The position numbers and the translations under genes were made by a program. A stretch of 64,000 nucleotides of DNA, taken from positions 4,214 through 68,213 of the forward strand of contig JANOAN010000007.1 in NCBI GenBank assembly GCA_031411135.1, written 5' to 3'. The notes beneath the pieces are model-generated. The model did not search any database. It was not told the origin of the DNA and worked only from the letters and a program-made list of their open reading frames with translations. Positions 1 through 8,207 of this stretch are shown in pieces. The DNA comes from a bacterium. GTDB taxonomy: Bacteria > Patescibacteriota > Minisyncoccia > Phycocordibacterales > CAIZLB01. How positions within the stretch are numbered: the first letter of the stretch is position 1; every line of letters starts with the position of its first letter.

Positions 1-4
1 AGAT

Positions 5-3000
5 TTAATTCAAATTCCTCACACTATCCGCAATCAAACTCGGACTTCCGTTTCTTCTTGAAAACTTTCCTTTAATAACAACGCAGGATTCTTGAATCAG
101 AACCGATTTTAATTGTTCGTAAGTTTTTGGAAATACTACCACCTCAAGTGACCCAGTTAAGTCTGCCACTTTCAAAAACATCATCTTTACTGCCTTATCT
201 TTTTTAGTTGCAATTTCTTTTGCTTCCTCAATGATTCCGGCGACAACATATGCCGCCTCTTCTTTTCCAATTTCTTTTAACTTTTCAATATTCAATTCAC
301 GTTTCAATAAAATTTCTCTGTATTTATCAAGCGGGTGACCAGAAATATATAGTCCCAGTAATTCCTTTTCCCACAGTAGTTGATCAGCTGGCTTGGCAGG
401 TGGCGCCTCTCTCAATTTCAAATGACTCTCAGAACTTCCCATAAGATCAAAAAATGACCCCTGTTCTTTGTGGTGTGAATCTTGTGATTTATTGAAATCC
501 AGTAAGTCTGGAATATTTTCAAGCATCATCCCTCGTTCACCGAATGCATCCATTGCTCCACACTTTACCAATGACTCCAATGATTTTTTATTCAAATTTC
601 TATCTCTGACACGATTTAAAAAATCCTCTAACGATTTAAACTTTCCATTGTCTTCCCGTTCTTTAATGATTATGTCCGCAATTCCTTCTCCAAAGTTCTT
701 GATACTATAAAGTCCAAATCTAATCTTATCTCCAAGCTTATCTTTTTTATTATTGTCTGTTTCCATCAGTTCGCTTGCCGGTATTCCTTTCACAACGGTA
801 AAGTTTCCAAAAGATTCATTAATATCTGGTGCGAGGACTGGAATTCCCATGCGCTTACATTCAGCTACATAAATGGCAATTTCCTCTACATCACCGTGCG
901 TTCCTGTCAAAATCGCTGCCATATAAATAGCAGGGTAGTTGGCCTTCATATAAGCAGTTTGATACGCAACTCGGCCATAACTTGCTGCGTGAGCTTTGTT
1001 GAATCCATATGCCTGGAAGGGAACGAAAAGTTCCCACAGGTGGTCGGCGAACTTTTTTGTCTGACCATTTTTGATAATTCCTTCAATGAATTTTTCTTTC
1101 AAAGCGGCCATTTCAGCTGGGATTTTTTTACCCACGGCCTTTCGGAATTTGTCGGCTTCAAGCCATGTATATCCGGCCAAGTAAATCGTACAGAACAGGA
1201 GGTCGTCCTGGTATACAATCAATCCATAAGATTGGTCGAGGAAGGCTTTCATGCGGGGATCCTCGAATTTCACAAGTTTAGGGTCATTTTTTCGCGCAAT
1301 ATACTCTGGAATCACTTCCATTGGTCCCGGTCGATACAGTGCCACCATGGCGTTGATGTCGTGAATTGTTGTTGGCTTCAATTCTTTTAAAAATCTTGTC
1401 ATTCCAGACCCGTTCAATTGAAATAGTCCTTCTGTTTCACCACGTGCGAGCATTTCAAATGTTTTTTTGTCGTCATATGGAATAGTTTCAAGATCGACGT
1501 GCACTCCTTCGATTTTTTCCACCAAATCAATTGCAAATTTTAACTGCGACAAGTTTTTCAATCCCAAGAAATCGAACTTCATAAGGCCCGCATTGTTCTC
1601 ATCAATCGAATACATGTCGTATTGAGAGATGATTCGTCCTTCACCTTTAGGATCGAGCTGTAATGGTGTCACATCGGTTAATGGAAGGGGAGAAATCACC
1701 ACCCCGGCTGCATGCACCGAGATGTGTCGTGCATTTCCTTCGATTTTTTGGGCCATGTCCAAAATACTTTTTACGTCCGGATCTGTTTCATACAACTTTT
1801 TCAATTCCGGAGTTTGCTTCAGCGCAAGTTCGATTGTCATTGGAAATCCCTGTGAACCCATTGGAATCATTTTTGCGATTTGGTCTCCTAATGAATGCGG
1901 GTGTCGCATGGCACGTGCCACGTCGCGCACTGCACCTCTTGCCATCATGGTTCCAAAAGTTCCGATCTGGGCCACTTTGTCAGATCCGTATTTTTTACGA
2001 GAATATTCAATCATTTCGTCGCGACGGTTGTCGGCAAAGTCCATATCTATATCCGGCGCAGATGGTCGTTCAGGGTTCAAAAATCGTTCAAACGGCAATT
2101 TGAATTCAATTGGATTAACGTTAGTAATCCCAGTTAAATATGTCGTCATCGAGCCTGCAACCGAACCTCGAATGTTGGTTAAAATTCCGTTGGCGTGAGC
2201 GTAGTGGAGAAGGTCAGCTACGGTGAGGAAGTACGCTGCGTAGCCCTTTTTCTGGATAACGGAAAGTTCGAATTCAATTCGCTCTTTTACAATATCAGTA
2301 AGTTCAACTTTTCTTGTTTTTAATCCTTCATAAGTTAAAAATCGCAGTTCTTCGTCAGGAGTTCGCCCGCTCACTACTGTAAATTCAGGGAAGAGCCATT
2401 TACCCAAAGTAATTTCCAAATTACACTCATCAGTAATTTTTTTACAGTTATCAAGAGCTTCTGGAATATCTTTAAAAAACTTTTCAGCGTCTTTCGAGGA
2501 TATTAATGAAAAGTCCGCTTCATCCTCCAATGATCGTTCACTAAATTCATTCTGAATTGAAACCACTGTGTTTCTCGCTAGCTTGTCTTCTTTTTCTAAG
2601 TAGTACACATCATGAGCCGCGACTAGTGGAACATTGTTTTCTCGCGCAAAAGCCACGATTTTCTTCATATTTTCTTCATGCCCTTGTACTTCAGGGTGAT
2701 GTGTGAGTTCTAGGTAAAAATTTTCACCGTAAACTTTTTTATAAAAATCAGATAACTCTTTTGCCTTTTCTTTATTATCTCCCTTAATCGCAATTGCTAA
2801 GTCTCCGCTAAAAGATGGCACGATACAAACCAGTCCCTCGTGATATTTTTCAATTAATTCCTTATCAATTCTCGGTTTGTAATAAAACCCATCTAAATTC
2901 GATTCTGTTACCAACTTCAGAAGATTCTTATACCCAACTAAATTTTTTGCCAACAAAACCAACCGTGTTCTCTTATTATCAATCCTTGACCCCTTGTCAT

Positions 3001-3229
3001 GCCTCGACCTGATTGCTACATAAAAATCCACACCAACAATCGGCTTAATTTCTTTCTTCTTACATTCCTTATAAAAATCAATAACCCCGTACATATTTCC
3101 GGCATCGGTAAGGGCGAGAGAAGTGAAGCCCTTTTTAACAGCAGCACCAACAAGATCCTCAATTTTAGGGAGAGCCTGCAAGAGGCTGTAATGGCTATGG
3201 GTATGTAAATGCGTAAAACGATTAGTCAT
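5..3229 (-). CDS. dnaE: DNA polymerase III alpha subunit (PHP domain + polymerase core), complete
   Basis: 1074-aa ORF; N-terminal PHP motif HLHTHSHYSLL; long polymerase core; TAA stop at 5-7. Shorter than E. coli DnaE, which fits a reduced genome. Confidence 0.9.
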   Translation of the reverse strand: MTNRFTHLHTHSHYSLLQALPKIEDLVGAAVKKGFTSLALTDAGNMYGVIDFYKECKKKEIKPIVGVDFYVAIRSRHDKGSRIDNKRTRLVLLAKNLVGYKNLLKLVTESNLDGFYYKPRIDKELIEKYHEGLVCIVPSFSGDLAIAIKGDNKEKAKELSDFYKKVYGENFYLELTHHPEVQGHEENMKKIVAFARENNVPLVAAHDVYYLEKEDKLARNTVVSIQNEFSERSLEDEADFSLISSKDAEKFFKDIPEALDNCKKITDECNLEITLGKWLFPEFTVVSGRTPDEELRFLTYEGLKTRKVELTDIVKERIEFELSVIQKKGYAAYFLTVADLLHYAHANGILTNIRGSVAGSMTTYLTGITNVNPIEFKLPFERFLNPERPSAPDIDMDFADNRRDEMIEYSRKKYGSDKVAQIGTFGTMMARGAVRDVARAMRHPHSLGDQIAKMIPMGSQGFPMTIELALKQTPELKKLYETDPDVKSILDMAQKIEGNARHISVHAAGVVISPLPLTDVTPLQLDPKGEGRIISQYDMYSIDENNAGLMKFDFLGLKNLSQLKFAIDLVEKIEGVHVDLETIPYDDKKTFEMLARGETEGLFQLNGSGMTRFLKELKPTTIHDINAMVALYRPGPMEVIPEYIARKNDPKLVKFEDPRMKAFLDQSYGLIVYQDDLLFCTIYLAGYTWLEADKFRKAVGKKIPAEMAALKEKFIEGIIKNGQTKKFADHLWELFVPFQAYGFNKAHAASYGRVAYQTAYMKANYPAIYMAAILTGTHGDVEEIAIYVAECKRMGIPVLAPDINESFGNFTVVKGIPASELMETDNNKKDKLGDKIRFGLYSIKNFGEGIADIIIKEREDNGKFKSLEDFLNRVRDRNLNKKSLESLVKCGAMDAFGERGMMLENIPDLLDFNKSQDSHHKEQGSFFDLMGSSESHLKLREAPPAKPADQLLWEKELLGLYISGHPLDKYREILLKRELNIEKLKEIGKEEAAYVVAGIIEEAKEIATKKDKAVKMMFLKVADLTGSLEVVVFPKTYEQLKSVLIQESCVVIKGKFSRRNGSPSLIADSVRNLN

Positions 3230-3315
3230 ATTATTGGAGAGTTTTTTGTGCTCTCATGTGGTAGTTGTATATTGTACAAGCACCTGTAAACTTATGTCAT
3301 TATTATATACATTTT

Positions 3316-3894
3316 ATGAGAATCTTCAAATGGCATGTTGGAATTGATGAAGCGGGAAGGGGACCTTTGGCGGGGCCTGTTTCTGTTGGTGCGGTTATGG
3401 TTAAAAGCGATTTCGACTTCTCTATTTTTAAGAATTTGAAAGATAGTAAAAAGTTATCAGAAGCCAGAAGGGAAGAATTTTTTGAAATTATAGAGAAGCA
3501 CAAAATAATTGCCAAAGTCGTTATGATTTCAAATAAAATCATCGACAAAAAGGGGATTTCGTATGCAATCCGTTTTGCAATAAAATCACTACTTAAAAAA
3601 TTAAACCCTAATATTAAGCAGTCAAAAATATTCCTCGATGGCTCCCTAAAAGCCCCAGAAGAATTCACTCAAGAGACAATCATAAAAGGGGACGAGAAAA
3701 TCCCTGTTATCTCTCTTGCTTCTGTAATGGCCAAAGTGACCCGCGATCGATATATGAAAAAAATCTCAAAAAATTATCCTGCTTTTAACTTCGATATTCA
3801 TAAGGGGTATGGCACAAAAAGGCACATAGAGGCGATTAAAAAGCACGGTCCAAGCAAGCTTCATAGAAAAACATTTATCACTAGAATTGTTTAA
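3316..3894 (+). CDS. rnhB: Ribonuclease HII
   Basis: GIDEAGRGPLAGPV active-site motif close to the N-terminus. The ORF opens at 3265 but the Met at 3316 gives a canonical N-terminus. Confidence 0.85.
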   Translation: MRIFKWHVGIDEAGRGPLAGPVSVGAVMVKSDFDFSIFKNLKDSKKLSEARREEFFEIIEKHKIIAKVVMISNKIIDKKGISYAIRFAIKSLLKKLNPNIKQSKIFLDGSLKAPEEFTQETIIKGDEKIPVISLASVMAKVTRDRYMKKISKNYPAFNFDIHKGYGTKRHIEAIKKHGPSKLHRKTFITRIV

Positions 3895-3969
3895 AAAATT
3901 GAGTATAATTCCAAGTAGAAGTTCGCATTCCGCGTGCTCATGAACAACAAGTCGAAAGGAGTCTAAACA

Positions 3970-4821
3970 ATGAACAGAAAAGAACGTTTAAGGTGGGATC
4001 CTGGGTTCATCGATAAAAGCAAAGCAGACCAAACGTGGTACAAAACCCAACTGCCGGAATTCATCACGCAGATCAGTATCCGAAAAAACCTCAGATCCTA
4101 TCTGGCACCAGTCTTAGGGGGTCGGGTTAAGCTAACTAAGCGTCAGGCTAGAAAAATTCTCGACGCTATCAGTCAAAATTATACACTCGAGTTGTGTGAT
4201 TTCTTCAATATCGAAGCTGGTATAGGTAGATTCACACTAGAAGAATTCGTGGTTTGGTTCGACAAGGTGATTCACACTCGTGGTGCATCGTATATGATCA
4301 GAAAGTGCGTTGATCACATGGTTCATCATAGGAAAGTTCAGTTCTCTGAAGTGTCGGTTATTAATTGGGTTGAGCAGGCATTTCTCCAGTCTGCATTCAA
4401 AGATGCTGGAGAATTGCTTCTTGTGACCAAGTATCACTTGAGCCCGCTTCTCTCAAACCATGAATTATGGAGGAACACTCTAGATGCTGCTAGACAGAAA
4501 GGTGATCACGGAATTGCGAGATTGTTTCCGATTCTCCTCATGCGATTGCGACCCAAGCGCGGAAGGCTCTCAAAGAATCGCGCTAAAGGAGTGGCTATGG
4601 TCATCCACGAAGCGTATGTTTCCCGAAAAGACGAAGATGGAAACTGTTTTGAATCAAAATTCTTGATAAGCATGCTCACTGAGTATTTCTCAGCGAAAGC
4701 GACTGCGAGGGTAATGGATGCGTATTATGAAATGTTGGAGATAACTTACACAGCCAAGGCTAAAGAAGTGGAAAGTGCCCTTACTGAAGTTCGGACTCTC
4801 CGCAAACAAGTAAAAAAATAA
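3970..4821 (+). CDS. hypothetical protein, GC-richer than flanking core genes (accessory)
   Basis: 283-aa ORF with no motif I recognise. Base composition is visibly more GC-rich than rnhB/rpmF. It sits next to a TA pair. Confidence 0.5.
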   Translation: MNRKERLRWDPGFIDKSKADQTWYKTQLPEFITQISIRKNLRSYLAPVLGGRVKLTKRQARKILDAISQNYTLELCDFFNIEAGIGRFTLEEFVVWFDKVIHTRGASYMIRKCVDHMVHHRKVQFSEVSVINWVEQAFLQSAFKDAGELLLVTKYHLSPLLSNHELWRNTLDAARQKGDHGIARLFPILLMRLRPKRGRLSKNRAKGVAMVIHEAYVSRKDEDGNCFESKFLISMLTEYFSAKATARVMDAYYEMLEITYTAKAKEVESALTEVRTLRKQVKK

Positions 4822-4892
4822 CGGTCAAATTCAATATATAGAAAGGATAAATAGGAGGCCTGACCAGCCTCTTTTTCTTTTGCTTAGATTAA

Positions 4893-5180
4893 TTAAATCT
4901 TAGTCAATTTTAACTTTGCACCCAATGCGAACGTCAATTTCTGCAAAAAGCTTAACGTAGGATTTCCTTTTCCTGATTCAAATCTGGCAACCACTGATTG
5001 AGAGGTACCTATCATTTCCGCAAGTTTTTTTTGTGTGATGTTCTTTTCTCTGCGGGCTCTTATTATGAGGCGTATAATTTGGAACTCAAGTTCAAGGGCC
5101 TCGTAATGCTTCCTGAATTCAGGATCTTTCATTTCTCTCTTGTGAAGTTCTGTAAAAGTTATACTTCCTTTGTATTTCAT
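4893..5180 (-). CDS. higA: XRE-family HTH antitoxin (HigA-like)
   Basis: 95 aa; helix-turn-helix segment QKKLAEMIGTSQSVVARFESGK; lies downstream of the toxin gene in HigB-HigA order. Confidence 0.7.
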   Translation of the reverse strand: MKYKGSITFTELHKREMKDPEFRKHYEALELEFQIIRLIIRARREKNITQKKLAEMIGTSQSVVARFESGKGNPTLSFLQKLTFALGAKLKLTKI

Positions 5181-5207
5181 AATATGTAATATAGCATATA
5201 TGCTATC

Positions 5208-5513
5208 TCAGTCAAATGCGTTGATTATGTTTAAGGCTTTACGAATCTCACCCGCATCAAGTTTTTGACTTTTCTTTATGTAACCTGAAACTATGATTAT
5301 TACTCCACGTGTGAATGTATAGAATAGGCGGATATTCTGCTCTCCTGGCATCCGTAACTCAAATAGTCTATTCGTTATCTTCTTACAGTGGGGGAGCCTA
5401 AGATTCTCTCCTTCGTTTAACAAAAGCTTGATTTCTCTATGCACTCTCGTTTGAGCTCTTTTACCTAAATTTATGAGAAATTTGTGTGCTGATCTTAATA
5501 ATATAACTTCCAC
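5208..5513 (-). CDS. higB: RelE/ParE-superfamily toxin (Gp49/HigB-like)
   Basis: 101 aa; matches the Gp49-like/HigB pattern (…RLFELRMPGEQNIRLFYTF…GVIIIVSGYIKKSQK); 27-nt gap to the HTH antitoxin gene. Confidence 0.6.
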   Translation of the reverse strand: MEVILLRSAHKFLINLGKRAQTRVHREIKLLLNEGENLRLPHCKKITNRLFELRMPGEQNIRLFYTFTRGVIIIVSGYIKKSQKLDAGEIRKALNIINAFD

Positions 5514-5583
5514 AAAAATACTCTACAAGTCTGATATGAAATTTTGATGAATTCCTGATAAAGCTCTAATAATTAACAACTAT

Positions 5584-5611
5584 TGTAATATCCCTTAAAA
5601 TCTGTATAATA
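5584..5611 (+). promoter_or_regulatory. sigma70-like promoter upstream of rpmF (TTGTAA-N16-TATAAT)
   Basis: -35 TTGTAA at 5584-5589, 16-nt spacer, -10 TATAAT at 5606-5611, about 10 nt ahead of the rpmF ORF. Confidence 0.4.
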
Positions 5612-5619
5612 TCCCCACT

Positions 5620-5859
5620 ATGGTAAACCACATGCGACACACCCGGGGCCACACCGGAAACCGACGAAGCCACCACGCTCTAAAGACAACGAGTGCGGTT
5701 CTTTGCGGTAATTGCGGCGCTCCTAACCGAAAGCACGTTATCTGTGCTAACTGCGGATTCTACAAGGGTAGAGACGTTCTAGGAAAGACAAAGAAGGCAG
5801 ATAAAAAGGAGGCAAAATCAGTAGCAAAGGCCCCTCGATCTAAAAAGGCTAAGAAATAA
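5620..5859 (+). CDS. rpmF: 50S ribosomal protein L32
   Basis: 79 aa; basic N-terminus RRSHHALK followed by the Cys ribbon C..C…C..C typical of L32. Confidence 0.75.
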   Translation: MVNHMRHTRGHTGNRRSHHALKTTSAVLCGNCGAPNRKHVICANCGFYKGRDVLGKTKKADKKEAKSVAKAPRSKKAKK

Positions 5860-5867
5860 TCAAAAAC

Positions 5868-5898
5868 AAAAACACCCACACAAAGGGTGTTTTTGTTT
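5868..5898 (+). terminator. intrinsic terminator after rpmF
   Basis: Hairpin aacaccc-acacaaa-gggtgtt followed by tttgttt. Confidence 0.55.
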
Positions 5899-5945
5899 GC
5901 ACACTTATTCAAATAGGTATAGAATTACCAATGTAAGAACCTTAT

Positions 5946-6854
5946 ATGGCAAACCGGCATTTATCACGCTCAATAGCAATGCAATCACTCTTCGAATGGG
6001 ATTTCCGTTCGATGCCGGACTTGGCAATGGATGAGGTTATTTCTCGAAACACAGAAGAATTCGCACCAGGCGTTAGTGACACTAGTTTTACTAAAAAAAT
6101 TGTTGATGGAGTTCTCACTAAAAAAGCAGACATAGATTCTATAATTGAAAAAGCGGCTCCTGAATGGCCGGTGGCAAAAATTGCAATTGTGGACAGAAAC
6201 GTATTGCGTGTAGGTTTGTATGAGTTACTTTTTGCTGATAAAAAAGAAGTGCCAGCAAAAGTAGCAATCAACGAAGCAATCGAACTTGCGAAAACCTTTG
6301 GAGGAGAGACTTCTGGAAAATTCGTGAACGGAGTGTTAGGAGCAGTTTATAAAGAAATGGGCGAGCCTGGCAAGGACGAAATCTCTCCGCGAAAAATCCG
6401 CGAAGCGAAAATGAATATTCCATTCGAGCAGATGCCGATCAAGGTCTTGGGTGGTGCGGTTGTTTATGCAAAGCACGAGAACGAAGTGTACCTCGCACTT
6501 GTACATGATGTATTCGGTCACTGGACTTTGTCAAAAGGAGGAGTACTTCCTGATGTTGATGTAAAGATTGGAACTGCAGCAAAAATTAAAGAAGAGATAG
6601 GATTGGATATTAACATCGAAGAAGAGCTGGCAAAAAATGAATATGTTGCATCTCACCCCGAAGAGGGTAAGATCAGAAAGCAGGTAACATATTTTCTTGC
6701 ATCTGGTCCATATCAAGATCTCAAATTAGGTGAAAGCGGTGGTCTCGACGATGCAAAATGGTTCAAATTACAGGATATTTTGACCTTAAATTTTTATAGT
6801 GACATATTACCGATTGTGACCAAGGCCATTCAAATTCTCTTGAAAAAAAGCTAA
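5946..6854 (+). CDS. nusB: NusB antitermination factor fused to a C-terminal Nudix-fold-like domain
   Basis: 302 aa in one frame. The first ~140 aa look like NusB (ending …KFVNGVLGAV). The C-terminal ~150 aa show Nudix-like strands and a degenerate Nudix box KGGVLPDVDVKIGTAAKIKEEIGL. Confidence 0.7.
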   Translation: MANRHLSRSIAMQSLFEWDFRSMPDLAMDEVISRNTEEFAPGVSDTSFTKKIVDGVLTKKADIDSIIEKAAPEWPVAKIAIVDRNVLRVGLYELLFADKKEVPAKVAINEAIELAKTFGGETSGKFVNGVLGAVYKEMGEPGKDEISPRKIREAKMNIPFEQMPIKVLGGAVVYAKHENEVYLALVHDVFGHWTLSKGGVLPDVDVKIGTAAKIKEEIGLDINIEEELAKNEYVASHPEEGKIRKQVTYFLASGPYQDLKLGESGGLDDAKWFKLQDILTLNFYSDILPIVTKAIQILLKKS

Positions 6855-6878
6855 TTTTATTGTACTATAGGCCCACAT

Positions 6879-7565
6879 ATGGATTTTTCAGTTTTCGAAA
6901 AAAGCATCAATATTACGTTCAAAGACCCCGAGCTTTTAAAGCAGGCTTTCACGCACAGGTCATATTTGAATGAACACAAGGGTTCTAAAATGGAACACAA
7001 CGAACGCCTCGAATTTTTAGGTGATGCAGTTTTAGAATTAGCAGTGACAGATTTTCTATACAAAAAATTTCCTAAAAAGAGTGAAGGTGAATTGACAGCT
7101 TACAGATCGGCCCTTGTGAATTCTACAACCCTTGCGACGGTTGCGGAAAAACTTAATATGAATTCATTTCTGCTACTTTCAAAAGGAGAATCAAAAGACA
7201 CGGGTCGTGCACGACAATTTATTTTGGCGAATACTTTCGAATCAGTTCTCGGTTCGATTTATCTTGATCAGGGTTACGCAATATCAGAAAAATTTGTCTC
7301 CGAAAGTCTCTTTCCAATGCTAGATGAAATTCTACATACAAAATCTTTTATTGATGCCAAGAGTCAATTCCAAGAACGAGCTCAAGAAAAAGTGGGTATC
7401 ACTCCGTCATATAAACTAGTCAAAGAAACTGGACCTGATCACGGTAAGGTCTTTACTGTAGGTGTTTACATTGATGGAGAGATGATTGCGACAGGAGATG
7501 GGAAATCTAAACAGGATGCAGAGCAAGAGGCTGCAAAGAAGGCGTTGTCTATAAAGGCCTGGTAA
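6879..7565 (+). CDS. rnc: Ribonuclease III
   Basis: ERLEFLGDAVLEL RNase III signature; C-terminal dsRBD-like segment; 228 aa. Confidence 0.9.
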   Translation: MDFSVFEKSINITFKDPELLKQAFTHRSYLNEHKGSKMEHNERLEFLGDAVLELAVTDFLYKKFPKKSEGELTAYRSALVNSTTLATVAEKLNMNSFLLLSKGESKDTGRARQFILANTFESVLGSIYLDQGYAISEKFVSESLFPMLDEILHTKSFIDAKSQFQERAQEKVGITPSYKLVKETGPDHGKVFTVGVYIDGEMIATGDGKSKQDAEQEAAKKALSIKAW

Positions 7566-7567
7566 GT

Positions 7568-7987
7568 CTAGGACTTAATGTGCTTTTCCTCACCGCGTTT
7601 CTTTCCATGAAATAGGTGAAAATCATAATGAGGGTTTGAAATAATTGCTAAACTAATAGCAGTACAAAGAATAGAGACATTTCTGAATGTGATGTGTAGT
7701 GATCCAAAATCAAAAATAAAGATTCCTAAAAGTAACCCTGAAGCAGCGATACTTGGAAGAAAGATTTTGTAGACTGAAAGAAGCCATACTCCTATTATTA
7801 CTTCACCTATTCCCCATGTTATCAATAAAAGTTCATCTCCGGCCATAGTGCGCATAAATTGAGGAAAGTATGCAAGCCATGGAGCGGGGTTTATAAACGC
7901 AGAGATTGAGGCGTAGAGGAAAGTGAATGCGACTCCGAAGCGAAGAAGAAACCAGACGATGGGAAGTTCTTTTTGTGTTGGCTGCAT
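7568..7987 (-). CDS. DoxX-family membrane protein
   Basis: 139 aa with four predicted TM helices in a DoxX-like pattern. Confidence 0.55.
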   Translation of the reverse strand: MQPTQKELPIVWFLLRFGVAFTFLYASISAFINPAPWLAYFPQFMRTMAGDELLLITWGIGEVIIGVWLLSVYKIFLPSIAASGLLLGIFIFDFGSLHITFRNVSILCTAISLAIISNPHYDFHLFHGKKRGEEKHIKS

Positions 7988-8151
7988 TTTTTTATTTTCA
8001 ATTATAGCATTTTTAAAATTTAGTTGCCATTTTTTTGATTAGATAATGCTTGTTTGAGTTGTAGTTCTCATTTATTCTACTCAAAAAAACTACAGTTTGT
8101 TAGTTATAAAGTTTAAATTGGCTCGATTTTTTGCAAGTTTGACGCATATCG

Positions 8152-8160
8152 TGATATAAT
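8152..8160 (+). promoter_or_regulatory. extended -10 promoter (TGaTATAAT) for the giant surface-protein gene
   Basis: gTGaTATAAT at 8151-8160, about 48 nt upstream of the ATG at 8208, in an AT-rich intergenic region. Confidence 0.35.
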
Positions 8161-8207
8161 TTTTTTAAGTACTTAAGTTTTTAGAAACTTAGGGCTAAAA
8201 ATATTAA

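Noticed and set aside
896-3208. Plus-strand ORFs of 60-190 aa inside the dnaE locus (e.g. 896-1390, 1629-2198, 1663-2103)
   Set aside because: Antisense or alternative-frame ORFs within a strongly supported conserved gene; low-complexity translations; no start-site context.
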